A DNA stretch of 64,000 nt from Octopus vulgaris (taxonomy: Eukaryota), in assembly GCA_951406725.2 (NCBI GenBank), contig OX597819.1:118420001-118484000 (forward strand), written 5' to 3'. The notes beneath the pieces are model-generated. The model searched no databases and had not been told where the DNA came from. It saw nothing but the letters and a program-made list of their open reading frames with translations. This document shows positions 43,712 through 57,492 of this stretch, in pieces (the stretch's first letter is position 1; each line of letters starts with the position of its first letter). The position numbers were made by a program, and so were the translations under genes.

Positions 43712-44172
43712 TATAAACTGCTGATTTAATTTTAAAATTGGTCAAAAAATCATTAATTTATAAATATAAGGGTAGTAAAAAATCATCCGCTACCAGCGGT
43801 CCAGCAAGAAAGGAAGGATTGTCAAAGACTATATAATATACATTCAAAAATATAAGGATTGGCCATAATAGGACATTCGACTCACTAGAAAGAGCAGCCA
43901 AACTCAAACCGCTAATAGTTGTAATTCTGAAATTGAAAGAGAAACAAAAACGTTTACCCTATAAATTAATGATTTTTAGGCTAATTTTGAATTAAATCAG
44001 CAGTTTATATCGCTGCTCTTTCTAGTGAGTCGAATGTCCTATTATGGCCATTCCTTATATTTTTTAATGTTTGTATTATATAGTCTTTGACTATCTTTAC
44101 TTTCAATTTCAGTTGGACCGCTTGTAGCGGAGAATTGTTTTCTAGAATTCTTTGCTATTCCTTATATTTATA
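43712..44172. repeat. Two inverted, circularly permuted copies of an approximately 190-bp unit
   Basis: 43712-43765 is the reverse complement of 43960-44010, and 43760-43897 is the reverse complement of 44011-44172. Confidence 0.8.
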
Positions 44173-44180
44173 TATATATT

Positions 44181-44289
<109 letters not shown>

Positions 44290-44383
44290 TGTTCAACCAA
44301 TAAAATATCAATCGCAATCGCATGACGCTCTTCATCTTTTCTGTTTACCTATGTGAAGAGTTACATCAATTTTAAAATATTAC

Positions 44384-44462
<79 letters not shown>

Positions 44463-44464
44463 TA

Positions 44465-45240
44465 TGGTATCCTAATTTGGGTTTTGGATCTACAGGTAGT
44501 TCCTCATAAGAAATTTCGTCACTTAAAACTTCTTCACAAGCTCAAAGGCACTCATCTTTGTCCACAATTGCAATAGCGCAGCCTTTATTCGCCATTTTAA
44601 TAACAATAGAATCATTGCTTGCAAAGCGATGGAGACCGCTACGCTGGGAATCCGTAAGGTTATAACAGCTCCATTTTCTTACAGACTTTAAGGCTTTCCC
44701 TAATTCCTGTCTGACGAGATTCGAGAAATTCCCACAGTCCTTGTGACCGTCTCTCCCGAAATTTGCCCGGATACCACTTTTGACTCTTTAAAATCCAGTT
44801 ATGCCAGATCCGATTGTCACCATCATTTCTTTCAACAGACATGAGGTTTTATGACAATCCGTTACCTATTATTTGAACAAAATATTTTTGGAGCTTGTGG
44901 CGACGGACAAACTGATATAAACCTTGTGTTAATTTAGTTTTGTCAAAATTATTAGTGCTTGACTAAGTCCAAGCACAATTCTTAGTGCATGGACTAAGTC
45001 CAATTTCTAAGACAGAGATATCGTCTGGCGAAAGTTTTAACTTTGATAAATGTATTACCGTCTTCATTTCTAACATAGTTTAGCCTTTTCCCCAGCATTA
45101 CATGCAATAGAATTTTACTCCCAATTTTGGGGGCTTTGACCGAACTCTTCACTTAAAACATTGAATATGCTAGGTGTCAAAAATCCTCTTGATAATTACG
45201 TGAGGACTCATAACTTCTACTCGTCTTTGTCAGAGTAAAT
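44465..45240 (-). mobile_element. Penelope-like element RT N-terminal region, truncated at (TAA)n
   Basis: YNLTDSQRSGLHRFASNDSIVIKMANKGCAIAIVDKDECL*ACEEVLSDEISYEELPVDP matches the PLE NLT..IVIKPADKG..Y..L..DP motif. Confidence 0.8.
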
Positions 45241-45304
45241 CATTTCTGGTTGGCTGATAAACAGTGTGTGACTTCCGTTGTTTTCGTTGGTATTTGCAAC
45301 GCTT

Positions 45305-45780
45305 TCTTTATTGGAAAAAGGAACAAATTTATTGTTCCGAAGAAAAAATTGAAATGGCCTCAAATTTTTGCTTGAGCAAATAGAAACTTTTCTGGGAAGT
45401 TTCCGATGACAAGTTCAAATGCATACACCAGGGCAAAAAGGCCACAATCATATGCGCCATCTTGGGGAATAGAGCATATGGACTTGTTGAACTGTAGGAA
45501 TTATGTTTGTTGTGAGTACAGTATTGTTATTTGTGCAATTAATTTCTGTGATACTGGTAAGTTCAAAATGTCATGAATATAAACATCCCCCAAAAAATTG
45601 GTCGACAAAATAAACGATTGTTCCTAGTGTGATGAATGAGCAGTGTGTGGTGTGGACTGTATGTTAGAAATTCTGCTTGAGAAAAAATGGTCGGTTGTAT
45701 TGGAATTGCAGGAAAATTTTCGCTACGATTTTCAACCCGGCGTCAATAAGTTTATTACGTAACATTTGTCCTGAAAGTAA
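45305..45780 (-). pseudogene. Frameshifted Ulp1/SENP (C48)-like cysteine protease domain
   Basis: LLSGQMLRNKLID..LLIHHTRNN-FILST..VYIHDILN..QDGAYDCGLFALVYAFELVIGNFPEKFLFAQ..GHF..FVPF. Shows the QxxxxDCGxF catalytic motif and a typical downstream helix pattern. Confidence 0.7.
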
Positions 45781-46031
45781 AAAAAAAACACTTCTTATAT
45801 TTCAAAGCAAATGTCCTCAACCAAACTTTTAATTTGCCCACTGGCTCTGAGGAATAGGAAATAAGCCTTTTCAGCATCTTTTCGTTTTTCTTTTGTCGAA
45901 ATTTCCTTTTTTTTCAAAGTTCATCAATATGAAAGTGCATGGCTTAGTGGTTACGGTTTTGTAAAGTCGTGAGTTCGACTTCTAGCTGCGTATGTCCTTG
46001 AGCATGACACATTGCTCTAATCAACTCCGCT

Positions 46032-46076
<45 letters not shown>

Positions 46077-46081
<5 letters not shown>

Positions 46082-46272
46082 ATTATATGAAGGAGTTTAC
46101 AGGACTAGAACTGTTTCATTCAAGAGAAATCTTCAGGAAGCTCCTGAGCTTCTGAAGATTTCTTGAATGAAACAGTTCTAGTCCTGTAGAAGCTCCTTCA
46201 TATAATAAATTAATTTTACTCTGCATGTATTGAGTACCTTATTTACTGTGTTAACCCCGAATCAACCCGGGA

Positions 46273-46275
<3 letters not shown>
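46077..46275. mobile_element. Fold-back pLTR-like element between (TA)n arrays
   Basis: Palindrome 46077-46210 plus a unique tail to 46275. Confidence 0.75.
46146..46195 (+). ncRNA. Type I hammerhead ribozyme
   Basis: gagctt CTGAAGA tttcttgaat GAAA cag ttctagtc ctg TA gaagctc. Stem I is gagcttc/gaagctc, stem III is cag/ctg and the triplet is GUA. A mirror copy lies at about 46093-46143 on the minus strand. Confidence 0.75.
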
Positions 46276-46336
<61 letters not shown>

Positions 46337-46339
<3 letters not shown>

Positions 46340-46553
46340 TAATCCCTCACTATATCGCGGTTCACCTTTCGCTATTTATCATTTAAGCTTATGTCGATTC
46401 CTCCGTGGTGTTGTTGTGCATTTATAGTAAAATAAACGTAAGCAAATTATCAAAATAATAAAAAAATATACAGTACAGTAATGTTTCTATTTCGCGGATT
46501 TTCACCTATCGCGGAAAGGTTTTGAAACGCTACACCCATGATTGGGATTACTG
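46337..46553. mobile_element. Tigger/pogo-like MITE
   Basis: TA|cagtaatccc ... gggattactg|TA, with internal repeated ttcacct.tcgc motifs. Confidence 0.75.
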
Positions 46554-46880
46554 TAGTCGATTTATTCGACAAAGAAGTTTTGGAGCGGGTAAACTAACAT
46601 GTCCGTAGTGTAAGCGACTGAAACAAGTAAAAGGTAAAATATGTATGTGTATGTTGATGTTGCTCAAACTCAGTGCTTGTAACTCGGTGTTTTTTTGTTT
46701 ACGTCCTCGTCACGTATCTGTTTCCCGAGATAGAAAATATAGGATATACTGGAGGCGAGTAAAATTTGTCAAGGCCTTGACTCACTAAAGCCGCAGTGTA
46801 ATGCTTTAAAAATCCAGAATATAACATACATGTATTTATCTCAACTTGAATTATTTTCTGTAACACCTGTTAAAATAAAT

Positions 46881-47588
46881 CTCATGAACTTACGATCATG
46901 TGTCAACTATCCCAACCTCTAAGCCACACATGTTCACCTTTGATGCAACTACAGTAGGCTGGATACACTATATCGTTTAATGATATTCATACAAAAATAT
47001 TTGAAAATGATTCTGTGAGAACAAACTTTCCCGGAATTAAGACGTCTGGAATCATTGTTTTATATTAGTTTATAAAAAGATATAATTGAGTTTTAATAAA
47101 ATCTATTTCCGGAAAATAATTTTCTTTTGTCTTCATAACAATACTCACCTGTTGACCATTCTTGATCTCTAACAGAGCAGAACGTTGTAAAACACTGGCC
47201 AAACATTGTCCAAAATACTAGTTAATTCAAAAAATTATAAGCAATGTGAGTATAGACAGCTGTCAAACTGCAGATACAGAATGAGGAATATAATGAAAGT
47301 AAATGAAGCGTTTAACACATTGATCTGACTGGCATCGAACAAAAACTGATTTATATAATGATAATTTTAGTAATTGTAGTTCTTATGTAATGGTAATTGC
47401 ATGTTTATCTTCCACTGTTTTGTCAATAGGATATTATTAAATCTTGCAGACATAGCATCATTTTCAGCTATTTCTTGTATAAATATCATTAAAAGATAAA
47501 GTGTAACCGGCCTACTGTATTTGCATCGAAGGTTAAGATGCGTGGCTTAGAGGTTGGGATAGTTGACACACCATCATAAGGTCATGAG
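46881..47588. repeat. Inverted duplication with arms about 135 bp (46881-47016 and 47451-47588)
   Basis: A SINE head plus about 85 bp of its unique flank is present in both orientations. Confidence 0.8.
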
Positions 47589-47850
47589 TTCTATTCCTGG
47601 CAGCGTGCTATGTCCAGGAGCAAGAATCTATTTCACAATGATCTGACCAGCTCTGTTGGTAGAGATGAGTTGCATTTGGAAGCCAAAAGGACCAGCCTTG
47701 TTTCTTCCTGCGTCACGCTGAATCTCCCTGAGGACTACGCTCAGAATACACATGACTTTGGAGTGTTCAGCCACTTGCACGTCGATCTTACGAACGGGTT
47801 GTTCCGTTGGTATAATTAACAGAAAACCTCGACTGAGAAAACCGTGACTG
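47536..47850 (+). mobile_element. Diverged SINE with a 19039-type head and a family A tail
   Basis: Head gcgtggcttagaggttggg..tccaggagcaag. Tail gtcacgctgaatctccctgag..cagccacttgcacgt. Confidence 0.65.
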
Positions 47851-49236
47851 AGTGTCAATGCCAGATTCAACGATATAGAAGTTTCAACCATTTAAGATAA
47901 TGTAAAAGTTTTCATACGTTAATAATTCCGTTCTTTAAATAATTTTATTTTCGAATGAGATTTGATATATAATTATCTGGAAGTTTAATTACGAATATAG
48001 TGAAAACAATATAGATCGGCAATATTTGAAAATATCTATTCCTAATAATTTGACTGGTGTCGTACGAAGACATATCTAACCTGGTTTCACGAATTATTTT
48101 TCATTTATGATATTGAGCATGGGACATGTATTTAAAAAAAAATACTATACATTACTCTCAATAGGCGTGCTTTTAGTGAACGATTTCTATTTTTAGGATA
48201 TAAATCTTATCGATCGTGATTAGTCATACCATTGTGACAATAGATAATTGATATTTTGTTTTATCAACTCTGGGTTGCTGAAAATGAAGCATGACTTCGG
48301 CTTCATGACAACTGTATGGTAAGAAGGCCGAAGCATTTTCTCCAATGTTTTTTCCGATTACTTAACGAATCTGCCGTGTCGTAATATTTAAAAGTTTCGG
48401 TAAAATAACAGCAATTTCGTAGTGATTTGTAGATATCACATTTTGCAGCACTGGAGTGGGCCTTATTTTACTAACGAAAAAAATGTTAAAATTTGAATCC
48501 GGTTGTATATAGACTCTGTTCATAATACCAAGATCAAATACCGCAAAGCACTTTTTCTCGACGATCCTTGTATATGTAACCGTATATAACAGCTTAAGTT
48601 TTAGGGACTACGCCAGCGAAAATGAAGCCAGCAAAGGGCACTTTGATACCTTGAACCAAGTTCTTAACTAGCATTTTATTTTACCGAATACGAATAAATA
48701 AAAGAAAAAGTGTACGCCAGTAGGACAGGAATGGAATAAAGTAAAGCATTTTCTCTGACGCATGAAATATGCTGCCAGTATTTAATAAAACAAGTATTTA
48801 AAAAAGGAACGATATAGTCGGTAATAAAATGTTTATTTTCTCTCACATCTTGCGCATATTTCCATCACGGAGATTGACAGGGAAAGCGTTGTTTAGCAAG
48901 GGCAACGGTTCCGGAAATAAATCAATAAAAATATTAAAGATCTGTCATTTTAACACAATATTTTTTTTTCTTTTGCTTATAACGTCATGGCACTTCATTT
49001 TCAACGAATGGAATCCAATTTCGTATATACGAAATTTTGGTCTCGGCCTTTTGGCAAATATTGAAGCATAATATTTTACTATTTAAGTAAAGGGCAAAGA
49101 ACATATGAAACTATCTTAATGGATCCAATCATAGTTTTGAGCGGGCACATCATATCTACAACTAATAAAACTGTCACCGTGTGGTAAAAATGTGTGATAT
49201 ACATACATATATATACATATATATACACATATGTAT

Positions 49237-49268
<32 letters not shown>

Positions 49269-49581
49269 TTGCATACACACGCTCAGGCACACACATACAG
49301 GCGCATATATATATTAATATATATATTAAGAGAAAGAGAGAGGTAGAGAGAGACCGAAAGAGAGAGAGAGAGAGGGGGAAATTCTTTGAAGTGACGTACA
49401 GATTCCTTATTAGGAAGGCGGAAGTCAGGATTTTGGATAATTATGTATTTAACGCTTTCATCTCGTTTGAACGATTCCCCAGGAATGACATGATTACTCA
49501 AACTTTATGACGTATTTGAAAATATAATGCGTTCAATTGGGAAGAGAATGTTTATTTTGTATCTAAATGTGTCTGTATATA

Positions 49582-49664
<83 letters not shown>

Positions 49665-50361
49665 AAAAGAAAACAAGACAAAAAGAAAGGAAAGGGCAAA
49701 AAGAAGGAGAGAAAGCAATAGAAACATTAAAAATAATGAAAGGGAAACCAAAGTAAAGCAGGAGAGGGTAGAAAACGTGGTATTTTTCTGGGAAACTTGT
49801 ACTCTATTATATTTTATACACATGGATAACAAGAAGAGTCAATGACTAAGAGAAACTAAATATCTTGAATTGTCAAATTCAACCATTCCTGAAAAAAGAA
49901 CATTTTTTACCCTAGCTCATGCTGATGACAAAGTACAATGCAGTTTCAACAATTTCAGGAAAAGACACCTATCTCTTTCTGCTTTCTTTCTGTCTCTTTC
50001 CTTTTTTGTCACTTCCTTAATTTCTTTTTCTTTCTTCTCCATTTCCTGTTTCCTTGGATCTTTCTTTCTTTGTTTTTTTTAGCATTCATTCTTTTAATTT
50101 TTATTTCTTCCTTTTTCTCACTCTAAGTCTCCAAAAATGTACCACTCAAACATACACACATACATGTATTCCTCATTCCTGATGAATCTCTAAACTAGCA
50201 CCTTCCCCCTAAATGCATACATACCCACATATAAACACACATACATATAGATAGATAAATAGATATATAGATACAGAGAGAGAAAATAACTGGTATTTTT
50301 ATGGGATGGTTGAGATTGCAAAGATAGACAGATAAATAGATAGATACATAGATATATAGAT

Positions 50362-50398
<37 letters not shown>

Positions 50399-50433
50399 TA
50401 GATAGATAGATATATAGATAGATAGATAGATTA

Positions 50434-50507
<74 letters not shown>

Positions 50508-51896
50508 GTGATGCGATACAATAAAATGCTTCTCGTTCGTATTTCATCTTAACTGAATAATATTCATCACTAGCTTTCTGTATACATTGCTTAAGGAAAG
50601 AGTAAAGTTTAGTAAACATATGCCAGCGTATGAGAACATAATTTTGATGTTTAATCACTTTGTAGAGAGGAATGAAAATATATCTAATTTAAAGTAGGAA
50701 CAATTGAAGTTCACTCTAATGTAATTAGTTTTGAATCCCTAAAATTACATAGATTCATAAATAATGAAACATTGATTAAATACAATAAATTACTGAAATT
50801 CGTTTGTTACAAAATTTACTATGGAAATGTTTATAACATTTAAGAAAGAAAATTTACTTTGAAGTAGATAGGACGAAAATTATGTTAAAACGAGTTTAGA
50901 CCTTAATTCTTTCATAATAATACATACATTTCTCTTCAGAGGATATTACTTAAGTGGACTATTTCTGTCTGGAAAACAAAAGAAGAAACCAATCAATTCT
51001 GTGTTATACAGAAAATTAATTTGAGACAATCGAGAATTATGTGAATATATTTACGCAGGTTATTACATTTATATCTCAAGTATACAGAATAATATTAAGA
51101 ACAAAAACATTTGACAATGTAATTTTAAATTTTAAAAAAGCATTAAACTGGTAGGATTTTGTTAATATCTTCAGATCTTCATTGATAAAATATTCCGAAA
51201 TAGGAGATATAACTAGAGAAATTTTTTTGCGATATTATAATTGTATATAAGATGCATTCCATTTCCAAGACTTATATCGGAAAGAGTTTATTGCACTAAT
51301 TTAGTATCCATGCATTTAGATATGAATGATCGTCTGATAACTTCAATCTAATCATATTAATTAATAAATGTATTATTGCCATGTATTTTCAAAGTAATAT
51401 TATTTCAGTAATGTTATCAAGCTTGTGCTACGTATATAATTAATAACAGCATTCACATTTTAAATCCCGGAACGATAAAATATTCCAAAAAGAGAGATAA
51501 TAGCATATCTTATATACAGATGATAATTATAGACGATATACTTTCATGAAAAGAAATATGAAGGAATGCAATTAATAATGATACCTACATAAAAGAACAA
51601 TATCAGAAAACCACGTAATTACATTTAAAGAAAACCCTCCGCTCATTAATATTGCTATAACTTGAAGACTATTGTCATATCGATGCACAACGTTACCCCC
51701 CAAGAAGGGAACAACAACAGAAAAAATACATACATTGAAATACTGCAGGTATTTGCATATAGCTTTCAATTAAATCCTTTAATTCATGCTCTACCATTTG
51801 ATAATTATAATGGAATCAATGAATTGACGACATATTGTATTAATACGCTCAAAATACGTGTTACTTATAGGGATGTACAAATTATACACCACTACT

Positions 51897-52059
51897 GGCG
51901 CAGGAGTGGCTGTGTGGTAAGTAGCTTGCTAACCAACCACATGGTTCCGGGTTCAGTCCCACTGCGTGGCATCTTGGGCAAGTGTCTTCCGCTATAGCCC
52001 CGGGCCGACCAATGCCTTGTTAGTGGATTTGGTAGACGGAAACTGAAAGAAGCCTGTCG

Positions 52060-52100
<41 letters not shown>

Positions 52101-52316
52101 TTGTGTGTCTGTGTTTGTCCCCCTAGCATTGACAACCGATGCTAGTGTATTTATGTCCCCGTCACTTGACGGTTCGGCAAAAGAGACCGATAGAATAAGT
52201 ACTGGGCTTACAAAGAATAAGTCCCGGGGTCGATTTGCTCGACTAAAGGGTGGTGCTCCAGCATGGCCGCAGCGAAATGACTGAAACAAGTAAAAGAGTA
52301 AAAGAGAAAAGAGAGT
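51897..52316 (+). mobile_element. Full-length SINE family B
   Basis: A box tggctgtgtggtaag, B box gggttcagtccc, internal (TA)(TG)n and (gtaaaaga)n tail. Confidence 0.9.
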
Positions 52317-52772
52317 ACTGGATTCATCTAATAATATTGATTTATAAATCAATGACAATTAACTTTATTAAGAAAAGAAAACACTATACGATGTACAGTG
52401 ATACATTAACATAGTGAAAGTAGTAATTTCCAATTGCGATACACGAGTGGCTAAAATTACATCTATTATACTAATACGTCAGACTGCAGTGCTTTACACA
52501 AATGATTTATAATATTTATAGCGTTATTGTTAATAACAGTTTTGAACTAAGTTATTATGTATGATGCCACCTGGTCTAGAATATCACTACGTAATTAGAA
52601 AAAAATATTGCAAAATTTATGTATATCTATATAAGTATTTCAGTTTTAAAATTTAATGGTATAATACAACCTGATACTTGCACAAACCAGCAGACACATA
52701 TATGTATATACAGGCGCAGTTCTTTACTGAAATGTCGACGAGGTCAATTTTGCCTGTAATCAATCCGACTCG

Positions 52773-52852
<80 letters not shown>

Positions 52853-53454
52853 TTTTTTTATCGAAATGTATAGTAGTAAATATCCATAACGGCTGATCCA
52901 ACTAATGAGGTTCACGTAAAGAATGAAAATAGAGTGTGAGGTAAAAACCGATTATATAACTTTACAATCATCAGAGTTAGCCGGTATTGAAGGGAATATG
53001 ACAAATTCTCTCTATTGTCGGAGGTGGATTAGCACAACCGGTCAGCAGCTACTGGGAAAATGGTGAAAGGAAAAAGGGTCAGCGGATTTTTTTGGCGTTA
53101 TGTCCCTTGGTTGGGTATGCAGTGAAGTCGGCAAGAGTTATCTTGAAATGACAGAATGTGGTGTTCCTTTGGAGATGGTGTGTGGGGTATGCGTAGCGGT
53201 GTCATATGTATAGTCTTTTCCGGGAGTAGAGGTATATATAGCTGTGTTAGTTGGTCTGTTTTCTTTCTCTAAAGGATAAACATGTGTGTGTGTGTGTGGC
53301 GGGCAATGTTTGCGTGAGGTGTGTAATGTGGATGTGGGGTGGGGGGGATTAGTGCATATGTAAGATTGTATTATGTGAGAAGGGGTATGTATTAGGGGTG
53401 GTGGATCTAAGGTCACGACGAGGATACCTACCGTTAGCGCTCTTGATATTGTCC

Positions 53455-53930
53455 GCCTGGGATATTCAACGAATAACATCCCAACAACACCGAACGAACT
53501 CAATACAAGTCTGCTGCTGAGGAATATAATGGAATTGATCAGGCGAATGAGATGGAAGGATTTTTACTTTGACTAATCTAATCCACCAAATGGAACTAAT
53601 ATTTTGCGCTTAAATCCAGAAAATTTCCACCCAAGATAAATCAAGTGGATGCCTTCAAAACGACCTGTTGAACATAGTACCAAGCCTAAAATTCCGTAAT
53701 TCGTCTAACCCTTTCCGAAGTATATTTAGAACAAACACTCGCAAGCATCAGATGACCACAAGATCCTAGAAAGATGTAAATCGTACTTCAGTAGGAGTAG
53801 GAAGTGCAGATTATGCCTGGCTGGGAAGACGGCAAATTTAAAAGATACCCAAAGCTTGGATGTTTGCCTGAATATCAGAAGTGAGGTGTTTAATCCTTAC
53901 CCACTTGAAAGGAAGTGCATTCTATCGTTC
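53455..53930 (+). mobile_element. Penelope-like element with a large internal deletion (N-terminus joined to extreme C-terminus)
   Basis: YSTNNIP..MELIRRMRWKDFY, FALKSRKFPP..DLLNIVPSLKFRNSSNPF, then KILERCKSY..KCRLCLAGK..CLNIRSEV. Confidence 0.7.
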
Positions 53931-55092
53931 CCAACCATAGTTCCCCTGCTTCGATCTTCCGCAAATGACTTCCACCAATACCGCTGAGCCCGGCAAAAAG
54001 AGGTTAACGAAAGCACACAGCAATTCACCCATGTGCATTCACGCACACACCTATAATGTGCATCACTCATTTAGTGCCTATTCAAAGATGGATAAGTGTT
54101 TTGAGTGTCTTTTGGTTTCAGTTTTTACCTCTGAACGAAGCTAAATACTGCGCATGTTTTACTTTTTAATTGTTACTTCTCATTGCCACGAATGCACACA
54201 TTGGTTTGAGATACGTACACGGTACAAAAATCGATTTTTCAAATTCAGTTTGTCCCCAATTTATGTTTAATTTCTTTGAGTATTTAATGGAATATTCAGC
54301 GTGATCTATAGGTATTTATTAAAACATTTGGAGACAGAAGTTTCTATATTCGTATGTAACATCGGTTATCTGCGAATGGAATATATGAAGATATGTATTA
54401 TATAATTTCACATGTATTATTTGCGCAATATCTGTTTATGAAAATAAGACTAATACTTAGAAAGAAGGATGCCATTTACTACGATAGACTAATATACTGA
54501 TAAAATTAAATTTGAACAGAAAAATATCATCTATCACATTTAAGTGCCGAAATATTAAATTGCAATATATTATTCGTCAGCAGTCTCAGTTATAACAGAT
54601 GTATCTTACTAACATGTCAACAATAAATGCAAAGCAGCTAATACACACACACTCACGCACATGCAGATAAACACATGTATGCGTTATGTGTGTTTGTGTG
54701 GTGTGTATGTGTATGTGATCGACTCTCCCGTAAAAGACGACGTAAGGACGTTCAGCATTTGACCAACGTGAACGTGTTTTTTGCTCAACTATATAGCACA
54801 CCACCCTTCTAGGAATGAAAATCACGATCGCTAAACCGTGAGAGCAACACACTAGCCACTAGGGTGCTAAATGCGGGATTTGCATTACGAAAAAACTAAA
54901 TATCACAGCAGCAGCAATGGATATTCTAAATATTAGGGATGAAATGTTCACCCCACTTCATGTATATACGATAATTTACGGTTCGGAATTTCAAGCAAGG
55001 AACTCCACCACATTGCCACCAATCCAACCTGGATAAGTTTTCTCTGAACATCAGTTATATACATTATATAATAACTACCACGAGTAGTCATT

Positions 55093-55285
<193 letters not shown>

Positions 55286-55309
55286 TGTGTGTGTGCCAGA
55301 GTTTATCGG

Positions 55310-55830
55310 CGACTTATTTTCAATGTTGCCTAAGAAATAACTTACCTATGTTTTAACACTATCTTCCTTGTAATAGTCAGCAATGCACCTGTCCCAGTAT
55401 TCCTGTCACTTTGGAATCCAGTCTGAAATTCGTTTTTTGTAAGCGAGTGGAGGACCTTTTGCGATTCACTCTGGATCCCGAGAACGGTATTACAAAGGCG
55501 ACCTTCGATTTGTATTTCCATTTTGGGGCAGATATGGAAGTATGCAGTTGCTAATTTTGGCGAATAGTGTGGATGCAAAAGCGATAACATGTTGTTAGGA
55601 AACGTACGCCCGAGGAGAACTCGGTGACAGCGTGCATAGCTGTCGTAAAGAAACCAATTATTCGCGCTCCACCGATCCGGTCGCTCCCACCGAATGTCTC
55701 CCCCACAAGCATTTCAAGAGGTCGCAGCACAATTCTAGATTGACGGTCTAGCCCTGGGAGCTGAATTCTCAATGCGCAATAACATAATGTCGGAGAAAAT
55801 GACGAGCATGATCTTGATTAAGCATGCCCT
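55310..55830 (-). mobile_element. Decayed mariner transposase remnant
   Basis: MLVIFSD (cf. MLIVFFD) ... PKMEIQIEGR..IQSESQKVLHSLTKNEFQTGFQ. Confidence 0.6.
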
Positions 55831-55938
55831 TCATGTAAGTGTGTTTGCGTGTGGGTGCGCGTGTTTTAGTCTATATGTGTGTGTACGTGTATGTGTGATT
55901 GTGCGTGTATTTATGCATGTATACATGTATACATGTGT

Positions 55939-56319
55939 GGAGGCGCAATGGCCTAGTGGTTAGGGCAGCGGACTCGCGGTCATAGGATCACGGTTTCGAT
56001 TCCCAGACCGGGCATTGTGAGTGTTTATTGAGCGAAAACACCTAAAGCTCCACGAGGCTCCGGCAGGGGTGGTGGTGATACCTGCTGTACTCTTTCACCA
56101 CAACTTTCTCTCACTCTTACTTCCTGTTTCTGTTGTACCTGTATTTCAAAGGGCCGGCCTTGTCACTCTCTGTGTCACGCTGAATATCCCCGAGAACTTC
56201 GTTAAGGGTACACGTGTCTGTGGAGTGCTCAGCCACTTACACGTTAATTTCACGAGCAGGCTGTTCCGTTGATTCGGATCAACCGGAACCCTCGTCGCCG
56301 TAACCGACGGAGTGCTTCC
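55939..56319 (+). mobile_element. Full-length SINE family A
   Basis: Highly similar to 33169-33556. Confidence 0.95.
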
Positions 56320-56811
56320 ATACATGAAAAAGATCGATATATAAACGGGGTGACTGAATGTGCTTGACAAACGCTAATAAAGAAACAATCGCATTTTCAA
56401 GTAACCAAACCACAACAGCAACAATAAACCGACCCAACTTTTAAATAAGTTTGAAGGACGTATGTATCTTCCTTCTATGCCATTACACACAACTGGAACA
56501 GCAGTAACATTTTCTAAGAAAATTCAAGTGAAATACTTCAAACGCTTTATATTGTTCTTGCAGAAATTGTGTAAGAAGAAGTAGGACCTTTTTTTTCCGA
56601 TTCCCTGATTTTAATTAAATTAAATGTCGCCTGACATTTGGAAGTATTTGTAGTCTTTCGTTCTTGTTGCTTCTGTTTCTCTTTATGTCTATTCTTGCTT
56701 TTCACACGGTTGATTAGAGATGTTTTCTATGATATCATTTAGCTCGGTTTATATATCGCGTGGCTTCATTACCGTTGTTTATACTTACTTCCGCTGCAGC
56801 TGCTCGAAACT

Positions 56812-56906
56812 GCGATGTTGACGATGGTGATGATGATGACGATGGTGATGATGATGACGATGGTGATGATGATGACAACGACGATGATGATGATGATGAT
56901 GATGAC

Positions 56907-56947
<41 letters not shown>

Positions 56948-57492
56948 CGACGACGACGACGACGATGATGATGATGATGATAATGATGATGATGATGATG
57001 ACGATGACGATGAAGACGACGACGATGATGATGATGATGACGACGACGACGATGATGATGATGATGATGACGATGATGACGACGACGACGACGACGATGA
57101 TAATGATGATGATGATGATGAGGGTCATAACGGCAATGACGACGACGATGACGACAACGACGACGACGATGGCGACGATGCTGATGATGATGGGCTTGAT
57201 TGATACTGTTGTTCAAGTAGTAGACGACGAGGAGGTCGGTGACTGAGATGGGAGACTGTAGTTTTGAGGATAGCTCGGATGAATATGATGCTGTTGCTGA
57301 TAATGAGGATGACGATGATGATGATGGTGGTGATGGTGGTGGTGGTGATGATGATGATGGTGGTGGTGGTGGTGGTGGTGGTAGTGTTGGTAATGATATC
57401 GACGACTACAACGATGATGATGATGACGATGATGATGATGAGGAGGAGGAGGAGGAGAAGGAGGAGGAGGAGGATGATGATGATGATGATGA
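56812..57492. repeat. Long compound (GAT/GAC/GGT/GAG)n trinucleotide microsatellite
   Basis: Direct reading. It generates the poly-D/H/M ORFs. Confidence 0.95.
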
